Assembly (NCBI GenBank): GCA_014905635.1
Contig: JABVCE010000031.1
Span: forward strand, 1-64,000
Source of the DNA: Scenedesmus sp. PABB004
Lineage: Eukaryota
Direction of reading: 5' to 3'
DNA: 64,000 nt
The notes under the pieces are model-generated. The model was not told the origin of the DNA, did no database searches, and was given only the letters and a program-made list of their open reading frames with translations. Positions 1 to 11,709 of this stretch are shown here, in pieces; position 1 is the stretch's first letter; the number at the start of each line of letters is the position of its first letter. The position numbers and the translations under genes are program-made.

Positions 1-227
1 GCGGAGCGGAGGTGCGCGGCTCCAACATGCTTGCCAGGCACTGGTTGCAGCGCCCCCACACATGGATCGATGCAAAGCGGCGCGGATCTTGCAGCGGAGC
101 TCAGAGGCGTTGACACGGGCGGGCGGCGTGGCCGCAAGAGGTTACAAGGCCACAAGGCCACACGGCGCGCGGCCGGGCAGAGCGCGCCGATACAGCCGGC
201 CACCTATCGACACCGAGGCGCGTGCGG

Positions 228-3200
228 CTAGCGCATGACCTGGCGCTTGGGGTTGTTGGCCGCGTAAAACGACGGCCACAGGTCGCCCCACTGCGCGTCG
301 GACGCGAGGTCGTACACGGCGGCGCCCATCCAGCCCTTGGCGTCGGAGCGAGCGACGACGTGCCGCTCCAGCTGGCCGTCGCCGCCGCGTTCGGCGCGCC
401 CCGCAGCCGCACACGTCCAGGATGACGTGCCGCCCCGCCGGCGCGGCGGGCGGATGATCCTGCGGCGGCGGCGGCGGCGCGCGCGCGGTCGGCTTGCAGG
501 AGGCGGGCGGTGCACGCGCTGCGCGCGTCGCGCGCGCCGTGGCTGCCCGCAACGGCGGCCGCTGGCGCGCGCCGCACCGCGCCCACGACGTGCTCGCAGC
601 GGCGGCGAGCTCAACCTCGTCGGGCGGCGCCGCGGCGCGCTGCCGCCCCTGCGGCCCAAGCCGCCGCGCATCCTCCTCCTCGTGTTGCTGCTGGCGCCTG
701 CGCTGCGCGCAGAGCTGGCTCACCGCCGGGCGCCGCTCGCCGCCCGCGCGGCGGCGGGCTCGGCCGCTGCGGCCGCGTCGCGCGCCGCGCCGCCGCTGCT
801 GGCGAGCTCGGGCGGCGGCGGACACGGCCGCCGCGGCCGCCGCGGCCGCCTGCGCCGCGACCGCTGGCGGCAGCGCGTCCCCGCCGCCCGCCGCCCAGTC
901 CACGCCCGCGTCCTCGAGAGCGACGAGCCGGGTCACCAGGCCCTCGCCAAACGCGCCCAGCCGGGCGTTCACACGCGCATAGTGCGCCGCGCCCTCCGCC
1001 TCGCCCGGCGCGCAGCGGCCGCGCGCGGGGCTGCCGCGGCGGCGGCGCCACCGCCGCCGCCGCCGAGGAGTGCCGACAGGCGCTCGAGCTCGTCGCTGGT
1101 GAGCAGCGAGTCGCTGGCGAGCAGCGAGCCGCCGCCCTCGCGCTCGCCGCCGCCGCCTCCGCGCTCGCCGCCGCCCGGCGCCGGTTGTCCGCGATCTGCT
1201 GCTGCACCTGCTGCTCGCTGAAGCCGCGCAGCTCCTGCGACGCCGCACCGCCCTCGTACTCGCTGCTGCCCTCGGCGTTGTCGCCGCTGCCCTCGGCCTC
1301 GTCGCCCGTCGCTGAGCCCAGCGGAGAGGCTGCCGGCCTGCAGCGCCAGCACCTGCACGCCCGGCACCTGCTCCAGCTCCGTGCTGACCCCACCGCCGCC
1401 ACCGTCGCCGCCGGGGCCCTCCGCCACGCGCTGCGCCGCCGCGCCGCCTGGCTGGAAGCTGCGGCTGATCACGAGCTGCCCGCCGGCCGCCGGCCGCGCG
1501 CCGCGCCTGCGCAGCGCGGCGCGCCGCGCGCGGGCTCAGCGGCGGGCACGCAGGGCTCGGCGCTCTGCGCGGCGCGCGTGGCTGCGGTGCGCGGCGCGGG
1601 TGCAGGCGCGGATGCGGGCGCGGGTGCGGCCGGCGCTCACCGCAGCACCACGTAGGCGTAGCGCTCGTCCTGGTGGTCCGCGTGGTGCACGTGCTCGCCC
1701 CGCCCCGCCTTGGCGGCCTGCATGAAGCGCGGGCGCTGGAAACGCGTGCCAAAGTGGCACCACGCGCGCGCGCCCGGCGCCGATAGCGGGCAGGGCCCGT
1801 CGTGCGGGCACGGCGCGGCGACGTGCGCGCCGCCAAACCACTTGCTGTCGAGCTTGCGCGCCAGGTTGGGGTCGGCCGGCGCGCCGCCGCCCTCGGCCGA
1901 CGCCGCGGCCTCGGCGGCGCGGCGCGCGAGCTTGGCCGCGCGGCGCTGCTCGTGCTCCAGCACCAGGCGCCGCGCGTCCTGGATGGTGTCGGCGCCCGCG
2001 GGCGTGCCCGGCTCGATCAGCACCAGGGTGTCGCCGGTCAGGTCTGCGCGGCGGCGCGGCGGCGGCGCGGGCGGCGGCGCGGCGTGGGGCGCGCGGCCGG
2101 GGCGGCGGCGCCGTGCCGCGCCGCGCGGCTGGGCTCACCCCAGAGGTGCCGCACGAGTGCGGCGCGGTCGTGTGGGTCGGGGAGCTCGTTGAGCACGTAG
2201 GCGGCGACCACCATGTCGTGCACGCCACCCGCGCCGCGCGCCGACCCCGCCGCCGCAGCCTGGTGCTTGCGCGCGTTGCGCGGCGCCGGCGGCAGGTCGG
2301 CGCGCCAGCGCACCTGCGCGGCGGGGCCCGCGCCGGCCGCGGCGGCGGCGGCACGTGACGGGGCAGGGCGGCAGGGCGGGCGCGGCGCACCCGCCCTGCC
2401 GCAGCTCCAGCTGCTGCGCCCGGCGCCTCACCAGCGGGTGCTGCGGGTCGGAAAAGCGCCGCGCCGCCTCCACGCGCTCCCCCAGGCGGCGCATGTGGTG
2501 GGAGGGCTCCACTGCGGTCACGCGCGACAGCCGGCCCGGCCACGCCTGCGCGGTGTGCAGCGTGCGCGAGGTGCGGGCTCGGCGCGGCGCGGCGACGCCG
2601 GGCAGCCACGCCGGCAGCGTGCGGCCGCCGCCCGTCGCCGCCCCGTCCGCGAGGAGCTCGCCGCGCACGCGCCTCGATCGCGGCCCACGCGGCGGTGCCG
2701 GGCCCGGCGCCGAAGTCGAGCAGGCTGCGCGGCGCCACGCCCGGCGCCGCGCGCGGCGAGCTCCCTGAACACGCGCGCCGCCGCGGCGTAGCAGGCGGGG
2801 AGGCGCGCGAGCGCGTACGCGAGCGCCTGCCCGGGGCTGTAGCGCGGCGTCGCCGCCGCGAGCGCGGCGTTGGCGGCGGGGCTCGACAGGCTGGCCGAGG
2901 GCGGCAGGCCGAGCGCGGCGCGCACGTGCTCGTGCGGCAGGTCCAGCACCCCATGCGCCTCAATGTGGGTCAGCAGCGCCGCCACCGCCTGCGCGCGCGC
3001 GGACGAACGGGGAGGCAAGGGCGCGGCCGCCTGGCGCGTCAGCGCCGGGGCTGCGCGCGGCGCCGGCTGCGCCCCCGCGCGCCGCGCCGCCCACCGAGGA
3101 CTTCAGCCGGCCGCTCTTGGTGCGCGGCAGCGGCAGCGCCGCCGCGGCCGCCGCCGTCGCGCGCCGCCGGCGGTGCTCCAACAGCGCCTCCGGGCCGACC

Positions 3201-4036
3201 GCGGCCGCGACCTGCGGGGTGCGGGCGCGGCGTGCCGGGGTCGGCGCGCTCGGGGCGGCGCGCGCCGACGCAGCAACAGCAAGCGCCGCCGCTCGCCCGC
3301 CCGCCCGCCGCCCGCCCGCCCGCCCCGCGCGCCCCGCCCGCCCGCGCCGCCGCCCGCCCGCCGCGCGCCGCGCCCGCGCGCCACCGCCTCCAGCTCCGCC
3401 TCCATGCCCGCCTCCTCTGCCAGCTGCTCCCGCGTCATGCCGCCGCCGGCGGCGCCGCCGGGGCCGGCAGCGTGCCGGCGGCGGGGCCGGGCGCGGCGCG
3501 GCGCTGCAGCCCGCCGCGCGCCTGGCTGCGCGTGAGGGACTTGAGCTGCTCCGTCAGCGCGCGGCTGCGCAGCTTGGCGGCGCGCCCCGTGAGCCCCGAG
3601 TCTGCGGCGGCGGCCGAGCGCGTCGGCCGCGGGGGAGTGGAGGGGGGGGGGCGAGGGGAGCGAGGGCGGGCGGGCGCAGCCATGACCACGGGCGGCGGCG
3701 GCCCACCGCGCGGGCGCACCCTTGAAGTAGCCCTCCAGCGTGGCCACCATGTCGCCGGGGAGCTTCTCCAGACCGCGGCCGTATTGGGACACGGCCTGCG
3801 CCGCCTCGGCGGAGACCACGTGCTGCGGGCGGGCCGTGGCGCAGCGGCAGCGGCGGCGGCAGCAGCGGCGGCGGCGGCGGCTGCTGAGCGGCGGCGGGCG
3901 GCAAACACCTGAGACCCAGAGCATGCGCGTGACCCACGCCGCGGCTGCTCACCGCGGAGAGCGCGCGCGCGGCGGCCCAGCAGCGCCACTGCTGCTGGCC
4001 GCCGCCCGCCCGCGACAGCGCCGCGAGCAGCAGCAT
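228..4036 (-). CDS. RSM22: Mitochondrial small-subunit assembly methyltransferase-like protein, Rsm22/METTL17 family (multi-exon)
   Basis: Exon peptides LLDFGAGPGT (SAM motif I), VTAVEPS, DMVVAAYVLNEL, LIEPGTPAG, HVAAPCPHDGPCPL..WCHF, DERYAYVVLR, GHVILDVC, WGDLWP. ATG at 4036 starts an Arg/Ala-rich presequence; stop at 228; TGTAA at 142-146. Contains apparent frameshifts. Confidence 0.9.
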
Positions 4037-4362
4037 CGCCGCGCGGCAGCCGTCACAAGCGAGAGCGCTGCGTCCACGGCGCGGCGGGCCAGGGCCGCCC
4101 GGGCGGCAGCGGCGGCCGACGGCAGCAGCGGCGGCGGCGGAGGCGGAGCGAGCCGCAGCGAGCGCGGCGCGAGCGGACACTCTGTGATGAGCGAGCTAGC
4201 ACAGACACAGGAACGGAGCGCTCGCTGGAACTACACGCCGTAACGCGTGTCATCACGCGCACCTCGGGCCGTCGGCGCGCGCTGCCGCCCCCCCCCCCGC
4301 CCCCCCCCCCGCACACCCGTGCCGCGCGCCCGCAGCCCGCGCCACCAGCCCGCGCCGTCGCC

Positions 4363-5546
4363 ATGCTCGCAGCCGCCCGCGCCCGCGCCGCCGCCTGCGC
4401 GCCCGCGCCGCGCCGCGCGCCGTGCGCCGCGGGCGCCGCGTGGCGGCGCGCTTCATGGAGGGCGCCAAGGAGGTGCAGGACCTCTACAACAATGGTCAGC
4501 CACGCGCGCGCCGCCGCCGCCGCCGCACGCGCGCGGCCTGCTGCCGGCGCCCGCCACCGCGCCCCGCCTGCTGCCGCCGCCCGCCGCCGCGCGCGCGCTC
4601 TGCTCTGCGCGTCCGCGCTGGTGCGACGCTGCCCGCGCCCGCGCCCGCGCCCGGCGCCGCGGCTGCGCAGGCGTGTTTGACTTCAAGCAGTCGCGCCGCA
4701 TCGCGGTCGGCGACGCGCTGCCGGCCGACGCGGAGTTGCTCGTGCTGGGCGACGACGGCGCGCCGCGCAGCGTGCGCCTCGGCGACGTGACGAGTGGCCG
4801 GCGCGTCGTACTCTTCGGCCTGCCCGGCGCCTTCACGAGCGTATGCTCCTCCAAGCACGTCCCCGAGTTTGCCAGCCGCGCCGCCGAGCTGCGCGACGCG
4901 GGCGTGTCGCACATCGCCTGCCTCTCAGTGAACGACCCCTGGGTCATGGCCGACTGGGCGGACCGCCTCGGAGTGGACACACGCTCAGTCGCTATGCTTG
5001 CCGACGGGGAGGGTGCGGCGCGGCGCGGCGCGCAGCTGCGCGCCTGCCTGCCCGTGCGCGCCGACGCCGGCCCGCGCGCCCCGCCCGCCCGCCCGCCGCT
5101 GACGCAGGCCTTGTGCACAGCCGCATGGGTGCGCGTCGGCGCGGCGCGCTTGCACACGGGCGGGGCGCAAACTGCGCGCGGGCCGCAAACCACACGCGCA
5201 CGCGCCGCCCGCGCAGGCCTGCTGCAGCACATGCCCGGCCTGGGCGTGCGCGCGCTGCGCTACAGCATCCTGGCGGACGACGGCAAGGTGGGCCGGCGGG
5301 CACGGCGCCCGCCGCCGCGCGGCAAGCGCGCGGCCAGCGCGCGGCGCGGCGCGGCGCGGCGCGGCGCGGCGCGCGCGCCGACGCTGCCGCCGTCGGGGCG
5401 CTGAGCAGGTGGTGATGCTCAACGTGGAGGAGCCTGGCGGCAAGAGCTACAAGATCAGCGGCCCGGGCCACATGCTGGCCGACATCGCCAACCTGAAGCA
5501 GCAGGGCGGCGAGGGCGGCGGCGAGGGCGGCCAGGGCGGCGCCTAG
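4363..5546 (+). CDS. Type II (Prx5-like) peroxiredoxin, probably organelle-targeted
   Basis: VVLFGLPGAFTSVCSSKHVPEF, CLSVNDPWVM..W, MLADGEG, GLGVRALRYSILADDGK, VVMLNVEEPGG. Includes a 21-nt exon at 5108-5128. Start uncertain: ATG 4363 is out of frame with MEGAKEVQ at 4455. Confidence 0.92.
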
Positions 5547-5837
5547 GCGTGACGCCGGCGAGGGCGGCCAGGGCGGCGCCGAGGCGTGAGGCCGCGGGCG
5601 GGCCGCGTGCTGGTGGCGGCAGTTGGTGGTGGGCCAGAGTCGGCGGGGGCAGAGTTGCAACCGTTGCGCCGCCCGGCCGGGGTGCACCTGCAGCAAAACC
5701 GCCGCGTCAACGACGCCGGGTCGCGTCTACGGCGCTGTGCTGCTCGCACGGCCGCCGCCCGCGCCCAGATCGCGCTCCGCCACCCACCCCGCACGTCGGA
5801 AGCCAGCGCCAGCGCCGCCGCAGCGCGGGCAGCAAGC

Positions 5838-8153
5838 ATGGCGGCGGAGGCAGCGGGCGGCGGCGACGCGTTCGAGCCCCGGCCTTTCACCATCGCCGTT
5901 CCCGATGAGGAGCTCTTATTCCTGGTGCGCGCGAGCGGCAGGAGCGGCGGGAGCAGCGCCAGGAGCAGCGGCGAGCGGGGGTGCTGCTTGACAGCAGCTG
6001 CTGCTGTCGCTCCGCAGGCTTCGCGGCTGGAGAGCGCGCGCTTCCCGGACCAGCTCGAGGGGATCGCACCATGGGAGGACGGCACGGACCTGCACTATTT
6101 CAAGGTCCGGCGAGCACGGGGGGCTGCGGCGACCGGCGCGGCGCGGCTGCGCGCGGCAGCGCGCCGGGAGCGGCGGCGACTACCGCGCCGGCGCCGCTGC
6201 GCGCCGCGCCGCGCGCAGGGTTTCGTGGAGCACTGGCGCACGCGCTACGACTGGCGCGCGTGGGAGGCGAGGCTCAACGCGCTGCCGCAGTTCACCGCGG
6301 CCGTGCGCGGCGTCGACCTCCACTTTGTGCACCAGCGCAGCCCCCGGCCCGACGCGACGCCGCTGCTGCTGCTCCACGGCTGGCCGGGCAGCTACTTCGA
6401 GTGCGCGCAGCTGGCTGGCCGCCGCACGGCGCGGCCGCCGCACGGCGTGGCCGCCGCACGGCGTGGCGCGTCGCCGCGCGCGCTGGGCCCTGTGCGGGGC
6501 GCGTGATGAGCCCTGCGATGTGCCGCCGCCGCCGGCCCGCAGGTTCATAAAGCTCATCCCGCTGCTGGGTGACGCCTTCCACATCGTCGCGCCCTCGCTG
6601 CCGGGTGGGTCGCGGTCGCGTCCGCGGCGCGGCTGCGGCTGCGGCGCGGCGCGGTCGCAACGGCAGCGCCGACGCAGCCCCGCCCCGCGCGCGGCTGAGC
6701 CGTCGCGGCGCCGGCGCGCAGGCTACGGCTGGTCCTCGGCCCCCAAGCAGCGCGGCTTCGGCTCGACCGCCATCGCGGCGACGGTGGACAGGCGCGGCGG
6801 CGCGCGTGCGCGCGCGCGCGCGCCGCCGGGCCCCTGTTGTCACTTGCCGGCCGCGCCCGGCGCCGGCGGGGCCGCCGCGCCGCGCCCGGCTCGCCCAGCC
6901 GGCCCGTCGCTCGCTCGCGCCCGCGCGCCGCGCCGTGCGCAGCCTGATGGCGCGCCTGGGCTACGCCCGCTACATCGCCCAGGGCGGCGACTGGGGCGCG
7001 ATCATCTGCCGCGCGCTCGCCAAGTGCGCGCGCTCGCGCGCGCCCCCGCCGCGGGCCAGCGCGCCGCCGGCCCGGCGCCGCGCCGGCGCCGGCCTGCACG
7101 TGCGTGCGCGCGCAGACCGCCCGCCCCCGGCCCGCCCCGCGCCCCCTCGCGCGCCAGGTACCACCAGACCTCCTGCGCCGCGGTGCACCTAAACATGGTC
7201 GTGGCGAGCCCGCGGCTCACCAGCCCGCGCCACCTCCTGCAGCTCGCCAACGTCGCGGTCGCGCCGGGGCTGCCCATCTTCCTCTCCGCGGGCGAGCTCG
7301 CCGGCCTCAAGGTGCCGGCGGGGCGCGCCGCCACACGGCGGCAGCGCGCGAGGCAGCGCGACGGGCGGCGCCGCGGGGCGTGCGCGCCGGCGCGTGGGGC
7401 GCGGCGCCCAACCCCCCACCGCGCCGCGGCGCCGCGCAGGAGCTGGGCCACTTCCGGGAGGCTGAGTCCGGTGCGACTCGCGCGCGCGCGCGCGCGTGCG
7501 GTCGGGGCGCGGAGCGCGGCCACTCTCACGCCGCGGCCGCCCGCCGCCGCCGCGTGCTGCCGAATTCATGAATTCGATCAGCCTACCAGAAGATCCAGGG
7601 CACCAAGCCGCAGACGCTCGCATACGCGCTGCAGGCGCGGCCGCGCGCGCCGGCGCCTCCCGGCAGCGCCTGAGCCGGCGGCCCGCACTGCCGCCCGCGC
7701 GAGCGCCGCGCGGCGCGGCGCGGCAGCGACGCCCGCCCGCCGCCGCGCGCAGGACAGCCCCGTGGGCCTCGCCGCCTGGATCCTGGAGAAGTTCCGCACC
7801 TGGAGCGACTGGTGCGCCCGCCATCGGCCGCGCACGGGGCCCCTCGGCGGACGCCCCCTCGGTGCCCGCCGCGCCGCGCCGCGCGCGTCCGCGCCGCGCC
7901 GCACGGCCGCGCCGCGCCGCACGACTGCGCGACCGCGCGCCCGCCACCGCGCGCCCGCGCGCTCATCGCCGCGCGCAGCGGCGGCGACCCCGACGCCGCG
8001 CTGAGCAAGGACGAGATGCTGACCAACATCTGCATCTACTGGTTTGGCGGCCGCATCGCGTCCAGCATGCGGCTGTACAAGGAAACACTCTCCAACAAGT
8101 GAGGCCTGCCTCCCCGCCTCCGCGCAGACAGGGGCCCGCGCAGACACGCGGCC

Positions 8154-8203
<50 letters not shown>

Positions 8204-8647
8204 CGCGGCGGCGGCGGCGGCCCAGACCTGCCTCGCCGCGCCGCGCAGGGCGGAGCTGGGCGCGCTGTTTGGGGGCTACACCCCCACGCCCACCGGCGCC
8301 GCGATCTTCCCTCGTGCGCAGCGCCGCGCGCGGCGCGCGCGCCACGGCCGCCGCGCCCCGACGCGCGCCCGGCGCCTTGACGCGCGCCCGGCGCCCCGAC
8401 GCGCGCCCGCCGCGCGCCCTAGCCCGCCCGGCGCCCCGACGCGCGCCCTGCGCCCCCCGCCGCGCGTCCGCGCCGCGCAGGCGAGCTGGTCAAGCCGCCG
8501 CGCAGCTGGGCGCAGGCGGCTTACAACATCCAGGCGTGGACGGAGATGCCGCGCGGCGGGCACTTTGCCGCCCTGGAGCAGCCGGAGCTGCTGGCGCGCG
8601 AGGTGCTGGCGTTTGGCCAGCTCGCGGCGAGCAAGGGCTGGCTGTGA
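5838..8647 (+). CDS. Microsomal/juvenile-hormone-type epoxide hydrolase (EHN + alpha/beta hydrolase), many exons
   Basis: PFTIAVPDEEL, WRTRYDWRAWEARLN, LLLHGWPGSYFEF, APSLPGYGWS, QGGDWG (nucleophile Asp), [44 protein letters not shown]. Confidence 0.95.
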
Positions 8648-9311
8648 GGGGAGCGGCGGGCCTGGCGCTGACGCCCGCCCCTGCGCGCGGCGGTCGAGGC
8701 GGCGTGGCGCGGGAGCTGGCGCGGGCTGCGAGGCAGCGGGGCGCGGCCGCGGCTGTTGTTGTTGTTGATGTTGTTGATGTTGCCAAGGGTGGTGGTGGTG
8801 GCGGGGCGTGCGATTGAGCGTGTGAGAGGGAGAGAGAGACGGCGGGCAGGCCGCCGGAGCCTGCCACAGAAACTAAAACGGTCATACGAGCTCCCCTTCC
8901 CCCACGCTGAACTCCCTCCGACGACGCGCCTTCCCGCCTTGCCGCCGACAGCCTCCGGAGGTCGCAGTCGCAGCGCTGGCGCCGTCAACGTGCGTGCAGC
9001 GCTAGCGCGTGGCACGGGCGGGCGGCGGGCGGCGGGGGCGGGCGGCGCGCGTCGCGAGGGACGCGGGCGGGGAGGGCCGCCCGGCCGCGGTGCCGCCGCG
9101 CGGGGCGGCCTGTGCTGGCGCGGTCAAGGCGGCGCCGCCGCGCCGCCGACCCCACGCCGCCGCGCCGCCGCCGGCCCCGGGCGAGCCGCTCCCGCGCGCC
9201 CGTGCCGCACCTGCACCGGGCCAGGAGCGGCGCCTTGCGCCTCAGCGTGCCGTAGGGGCGGCCATCCATGCTGCCCACGCAGGGGAGGGCGCCGCCGCGT
9301 GTTGCGGCGCC

Positions 9312-10622
9312 TCAGGCCGCGCGGCCCCGCCGCCTCGGTCCGCTCCCCGCGCCGCCGTCGCCGCCGCGGGCGTCGCTTGCGCTCGTGGCGTCCGCCGCCG
9401 CTGCACGCGCCGCGGCCTCGAGCTCGTCCGCCTCCCTGTCCAGCCGGGACAGGTCGGCGGCCGTGTTGCGCACGCTGCGCTGCGAGTCGGAGGGCGTGCA
9501 CGAGAGCATCATCGTCTGCACCACGCCGCTCAGCGGGAGCGTGCGGCGCAGCTTGAAGTGCGTCCCCCCGCCGCCGTCGCCTGCGTCGCGCGGCAGCGGG
9601 GCGGCGGGCGCTCGCTGCCGCGTGCGCCGCCCGCCGAGCTCCGCCGCCAGCGCGCTGCTGCACACCTTTGCCGACCGGGTGCCAGCCGTGCGCCTGCGCC
9701 GAGGCAAAGAGCCCGCGCCATGAGTAGCCGACGCGCGCCTTGGCGCCGACGCCGGCGGGGCCGAGGCCGGCGGGCTCGCCGTCCTGCGCCGCGCCGTCGG
9801 GCGCGCCGCCGCCGCCGCCGCCGTCCAGCATGCGGCGCACGGCGTCCTGGGTCGGGGCTGCGCCGCCGGCGCGGTTGCCGCCGCCGCCGCCGACCCCTGC
9901 CAGCGACGCCTCGACCGCGGCCTGCTGCGCCAGCAGCTCGCGCGTCGCGGCCGCCGCGTGCTGGTCAGCCAGCAGCGTGCCGCCGCCCAGCGGCCCGCCG
10001 CCGCGCGGAGAGGCCTGCTCCACCCAGAGCACCTCGTCCTGCTTCAGCACCAGCCCATCCAGCGCCAGGTCCGCGGCCAGGTCGAGCCCGCTGGGCCGCA
10101 CCACCGCCGCGCCGCCGCCGCCGCCGCGCGCGGCGCTGCTGATGAGCTTGACGCCGCCGCGCGCCTGCCGCCCCGGCCTGGCTGCGCGGCCGCCCTTCCA
10201 GCCGCGGGGCACCGCGTGGGGCGAGGGCCTGACCTGCTGCCAGCCGTCGCCGCCGTCTGGCGCCGCAAGCGGCGGGAAGGCATCGTCCGCGCCGCAGGGC
10301 GGCGGCGGCGCCGCTGCGCCGCGCACGCCGGCCCCCGCCTGCCATGCCGCAGCGGTGGCGGCGGCAAAGCTCGGCGGCGGCGAGCTCCCGCGCTGCTGCG
10401 CGGCCAGCTCCTGCAGCAACGCCGCCTGCCGCGCCGCCAGCAGCTCCTCCACGCCCAGCCCAGCCGCTGCTGCCGCGGCCGCCACGTCGGGCTGCACCAG
10501 CGCGCCCAGCGCGCCAAACGCGGCGGCGTCGGCGGCCGCATCGGCGTCGCCCGCCGCGCGCGCCTCCTCCGCGAACGCCTCGGCGAATGTGGCCCAGTCT
10601 ATGGACGACGCGGGGCTGTCCG

Positions 10623-10654
<32 letters not shown>

Positions 10655-10666
10655 TGCTGTGCCTGC

Positions 10667-10702
<36 letters not shown>

Positions 10703-11155
10703 GCCTGCTGCTGCTGCCGCTGCTGCTGCTGCCGGGCCGGCGAGGCCAGGTGCTGGGCCGGGGGGAATACGCAGTCGGCGGGCGGGCAGGCCGGCCGGTT
10801 GCTGCCGATGCTGCCGCCGCTGTCGCTGCCGCGCGCCAGGCGCTCCGCGGCCTCTGCTGCCTGGATGGCTGCCAGCGCTGACGCCAGGCCGGGGCTACCT
10901 GGGGGCTCGCCATCGCTCCCCGGGCCGCCATCCTGCTGCTGCTGCTGCTGCCGCCGGTGCTGCTGGCGCGCCTGCGCCGGCGAGGCCAGGTGCTGGACCG
11001 GGGGAAAGATCCAGTCTGCTGGCGGGCTGGCAGGCCGGTTGCTGTCGCCACAGCCGCGCGCGAGGCGCTCCGCCGCCTCTGCCGCCTGGATGGCTGCCAG
11101 CGCTGACGCCAGGCCGGGGCTGCCGGGGGGTTCGTCATCGCTGGCCTGGCCACCA

Positions 11156-11209
<54 letters not shown>

Positions 11210-11423
11210 TGCTGCCATCGTGGGAGGGCCGCGCCGCCGGCTCTGGGGGTGGCAGCGGCGAGTCGGCAAGCGTTTGTTCGCGAGCAGCAGCGACGCGACG
11301 CAGCACAAGCAAACTCTGCGCCGCGGCCTCGCGCCCGTCCGCTCACCGGTTGTTCTTCCTGGCGGCCAGCTGCCGGGGGTTGCTGCTGTCGCTGTCGGCG
11401 AGCGCAGCAAACGGGTTGGACAT
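9312..11423 (-). CDS. Q-rich low-complexity protein with C-terminal HicA-like (dsRBD-fold) domain; 3 exons
   Basis: Exons 11423-11347, 11242-9666 and 9580-9312 join in frame over GT-AG introns. Spliced C-terminus: YSWRGLFASAQAHGWHPVGKGDGGGGTHFKLRRTLPLSGVVQTMMLSCTPSDSQRSVRNTAADLSRLDRE. Domain call is by pattern only. Confidence 0.65.
10620..11215 (-). repeat. Internal duplication (2 copies, ~225-240 bp) separated by CAG/polyQ tracts within the coding exon
   Basis: DGG..SD.EPPGSPGLASALAAIQAAEAAERLARG..SNRPA.PPAD..FPP.QHLASPA occurs twice; (CTG)n runs on the + strand at about 10625-10730, 10935-10950 and 11158-11206. Confidence 0.9.
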
Positions 11424-11709
11424 CGCGAGCAGCAGCAGCAGCGCGAGCAGCCGCCGCCGCCGGCCCGCCGGGCTTTTCTTCACGCCGGCCCCGCCCGACA
11501 GACGACGTGCGCGTGGCGCAGCTGTCACCGCAGGCGGAGCGTGCGGCGGCTTCGGTGCGGCGCGCCGGCGGCGGTTGCGCCCGCGGCCGCTGCCGGGCTG
11601 CTGCTGGCGCTGGGGGAACACGAAAACGGCAAGCTGGGAGCGGGCTATCAGCTGAATCGGCGGATGGCGGGGCAGCGAGAGCGCAGCAGCCTGCGAGGGT
11701 TCACCGCGC

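Noticed and set aside
228..4036. Rsm22 as a pseudogene
   Set aside because: All conserved motifs and splice sites are intact, and similar frameshifts occur across unrelated genes, favouring assembly error.
8153..8221. (GGC)n run, plus similar runs at ~44215-44255 and (CA)n at ~63020-63048
   Set aside because: Ordinary intronic or UTR microsatellites.
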